In this document: positions 62,102 through 64,000 of the stretch, in pieces
Layout: the number at the start of each line of letters is the position of its first letter
Position numbering within the stretch: the stretch's first letter is position 1
The notes under the pieces: generated by a model
Seen by the model: the letters and a program-made list of their open reading frames with translations, nothing else
The model's database searches: none
Told to the model about the DNA's origin: nothing
DNA from: Candidatus Cloacimonadota bacterium
GTDB lineage: Bacteria; Muiribacteriota; UBA6191
Length of the DNA stretch: 64,000 bases
Direction: 5' to 3'
Assembly: GCA_023954715.1 (NCBI GenBank)
Contig: JAGSHD010000006.1
Span: forward strand, 132,515 to 196,514
Translations under genes and position numbers: made by a program

Positions 62102-63262
62102 ATGAAAAAAATTGTGATATTAGGAGCTACTGGTTCTATTGGTGATAGTACCATCGAATTGGTTCGAAACTTCCCTTCGCAATATCAAATTGTAGGAATC
62201 ACTTCAAACACATCGGTAGACAAGCTATTTAAATTACAAAAAGAGTTTAATGTCCCTTATCTACATATCATGGACCAAGATGCCTATACATCTATTAAAA
62301 ATTACTCTTCAAGTGCCAGAGTTGAGAGCTCTATGGAGTCCCTGCTAGACTTTATAGCATCCGCTGATTATGATGTAATCGTTGCTGCTATGGTTGGCAA
62401 TGTTGGTTTGTTACCTGTCATGGAGGCAATCAAGGCTGATAAAATCGTTGCTCTCGCCAACAAAGAGACCCTAGTGAGCGGAGGACACCTAGTTCAGGAC
62501 CTACTCAAACAACATCCCAAATCCAGTTTACTACCAGTAGACTCAGAACACAGTGCTATTTATCAATGTCTTCGGGGAGAGTCTCACAAAGAGCTTAAAA
62601 ATATCTGGCTTACAGCTAGTGGTGGTAGCTTTCGTGAAATGTCATTAGAAGACATGAAAAACATCTCTGTTAAAGATGCACTCACTCACCCTAATTGGGA
62701 TATGGGTGCAAAAATCACTATTGATTCTTCAAGTATGATGAACAAAGGACTTGAAGTCATCGAAGCGAAATGGCTATTTGATTGTACTATGGATCAAATA
62801 CAGGTTGTTGTACATCCACAAAGTATCGTTCACTCAGCAGTGGAGTTTCAAGACAACTCCTTTATAGCTCAAATGGGCCATCCGGATATGACCGTACCGA
62901 TCTCATTTGCACTATCTTACCCCCAACGTCATTGCCTTAACCACTTGGAGGCTTTAGATTTAAGAACTTTAGGGTCCTTACAGTTTCATGCTCCTGACTT
63001 TGAGCGATTTCCTTGTCTTGGTCTTGCTTTTGAAGCTGGTCGCATTGGGCATAGCGCGCCAACAGTTCTCAACGCCTCTAATGAGATTGCAGTAAAACTA
63101 CTTCTTCAAGAGAAAATTCAATTTTTACAAATACCGCAGCTCATCAAAAATGCACTATCTAAGTTTGAAGTCATATCATTTCCAAACTTAGAGCAGATTT
63201 TAAAGATCGACCTTGAAACCCGTCACTATATACTAGATAACTATCAGGATATTTTATCATGA
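62102..63262 (+). CDS. dxr: 1-deoxy-D-xylulose 5-phosphate reductoisomerase
   Basis: ILGATGSIGDSTIELV N-terminus. Conserved Dxr blocks. Confidence 0.93.
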   Translation: MKKIVILGATGSIGDSTIELVRNFPSQYQIVGITSNTSVDKLFKLQKEFNVPYLHIMDQDAYTSIKNYSSSARVESSMESLLDFIASADYDVIVAAMVGNVGLLPVMEAIKADKIVALANKETLVSGGHLVQDLLKQHPKSSLLPVDSEHSAIYQCLRGESHKELKNIWLTASGGSFREMSLEDMKNISVKDALTHPNWDMGAKITIDSSSMMNKGLEVIEAKWLFDCTMDQIQVVVHPQSIVHSAVEFQDNSFIAQMGHPDMTVPISFALSYPQRHCLNHLEALDLRTLGSLQFHAPDFERFPCLGLAFEAGRIGHSAPTVLNASNEIAVKLLLQEKIQFLQIPQLIKNALSKFEVISFPNLEQILKIDLETRHYILDNYQDILS

Positions 63263-63741
63263 GAAACATTCGAGTTGGTCAAGGATATGATGTTCATACA
63301 TTTTGTGAGGGGCGTCCACTAATACTTGGTGGAGTTAATATCCCCCATCCGTATGGACTCAAAGGACATTCAGATGCTGATGTCTTAATTCATGCCGTTG
63401 TTGATGCATTGTTAGGCGCATTAGCCCTAGGAGATATTGGACAGCACTTTCCTCCAGAGGATAGTTCTATAAAAGGTATTGACAGTCAAAAGATTTTATC
63501 TTATACCTGTAAGCTTCTTCACGAAAAAGAGTATAAAGTTTCTAATGTTGACTGTACTGTAATTTGTGAAAAACCCAAACTTAAAGCAATGATCCCTCAG
63601 ATAAGAGATAACCTTGCAAAAGTAATGAATATACAAGTCGACCAAGTATCCGTTAAAGCTACCACAACTGAAAAGCTTGGGTTTACTGGCCGACAAGAAG
63701 GTATTGCAGCACAAGCAATCACCTTATTATACAAAGATTAA
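63259..63741 (+). CDS. ispF: 2-C-methyl-D-erythritol 2,4-cyclodiphosphate synthase (standalone, not fused to IspD)
   Basis: [10 protein letters not shown]...[19 protein letters not shown]. 4-nt overlap with dxr. Confidence 0.93.
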   Translation: MRNIRVGQGYDVHTFCEGRPLILGGVNIPHPYGLKGHSDADVLIHAVVDALLGALALGDIGQHFPPEDSSIKGIDSQKILSYTCKLLHEKEYKVSNVDCTVICEKPKLKAMIPQIRDNLAKVMNIQVDQVSVKATTTEKLGFTGRQEGIAAQAITLLYKD

Positions 63742-63743
63742 TA

Positions 63744-64000
63744 ATGATAAACGAAATACAAAATATTGATGAAACATCTGACACTGAATGTACAACTGAC
63801 TCCAACTTAGTACGATTAAACATACAAAAGTCACATCAAATCCTACCTCAAGTTAATACATCTCATGACTTAAAAGACCTAGATATAGATCAACTAAAAC
63901 TCCTTTCTGAAGAGATTAGAGACTTCTTGATTCAATCTATTTCTAAAACAGGTGGTCACTTAGGCCCTAATCTAGGTACAGTTGAAATTATCATTGCTTT
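63744..64000 (+). CDS. dxs: 1-deoxy-D-xylulose-5-phosphate synthase, N-terminal fragment (continues beyond window)
   Basis: Own translation gives MINEIQNID...[18 protein letters not shown] (TPP-binding GGHLG motif). Starts 3 nt after the ispF stop. Confidence 0.8.
   Translation, partial: MINEIQNIDETSDTECTTDSNLVRLNIQKSHQILPQVNTSHDLKDLDIDQLKLLSEEIRDFLIQSISKTGGHLGPNLGTVEIIIA

Noticed and set aside
1-64000. CRISPR arrays, transposases, integrases, phage genes
   Set aside because: No regularly spaced direct repeats and no recognisable recombinase or transposase ORFs anywhere in the window. The only mobile-element-like signal is the small MITE-like repeat family.

Overview
This is a low-GC (~35%) bacterial chromosomal window, mostly housekeeping and envelope genes, almost all on the minus strand. 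No transposase, integrase or CRISPR array is visible.

Order of contents from start to end:
(1) a partial HEAT-repeat protein, a Kelch-like lipoprotein, a P-loop kinase, a tandem UspA, an M28 aminopeptidase, and a small XRE-cupin regulator locus with two degenerate hydrolase-like genes;
(2) nadK, a TPR protein, then an operon of hypothetical protein, tatC, ubiA-family, ubiX and trxA;
(3) a type IVa pilus cluster pilM-pilN-pilO-pilP-pilP-pilQ with tandemly duplicated PilP;
(4) spoIID/lytB, rseP, a catalytically dead RseP paralog, cdsA, uppS, frr, pyrH, tsf and rpsB;
(5) an envelope block: TolB-like lipoprotein, large beta-barrel OMP, FecR-like secreted protein, MBL hydrolase, and an 1831-aa secreted protein whose C-terminus resembles a T9SS-type sorting domain;
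(6) the canonical rpmG, tRNA-Trp, secE, nusG, rplK, rplA, rplJ, rplL, rpoB, rpoC operon, where rpoC is 1984 aa owing to a ~665-aa trigger-loop (SI3-like) insertion;
(7) a secreted protein plus a GT4 glycosyltransferase;
(8) a consolidated cdnL-ispE-dxr-ispF-dxs (MEP pathway) cluster.

The most striking unexplained structure is a dispersed ~135-bp (one copy 233-bp) intergenic repeat family present three times in the same orientation. It has 13-bp terminal inverted repeats and possible short target-site duplications, so it is MITE-like. The copies sit upstream of pilQ, pilM and pyrH.

Other notable items: the RseP/pseudo-RseP tandem, the duplicated PilP, the oversized beta-prime subunit, a GC-rich structured rpsB leader, and the mix of T4aP machinery with a T9SS-type cargo signal.

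All calls are from motif recognition by eye. No database search was run.
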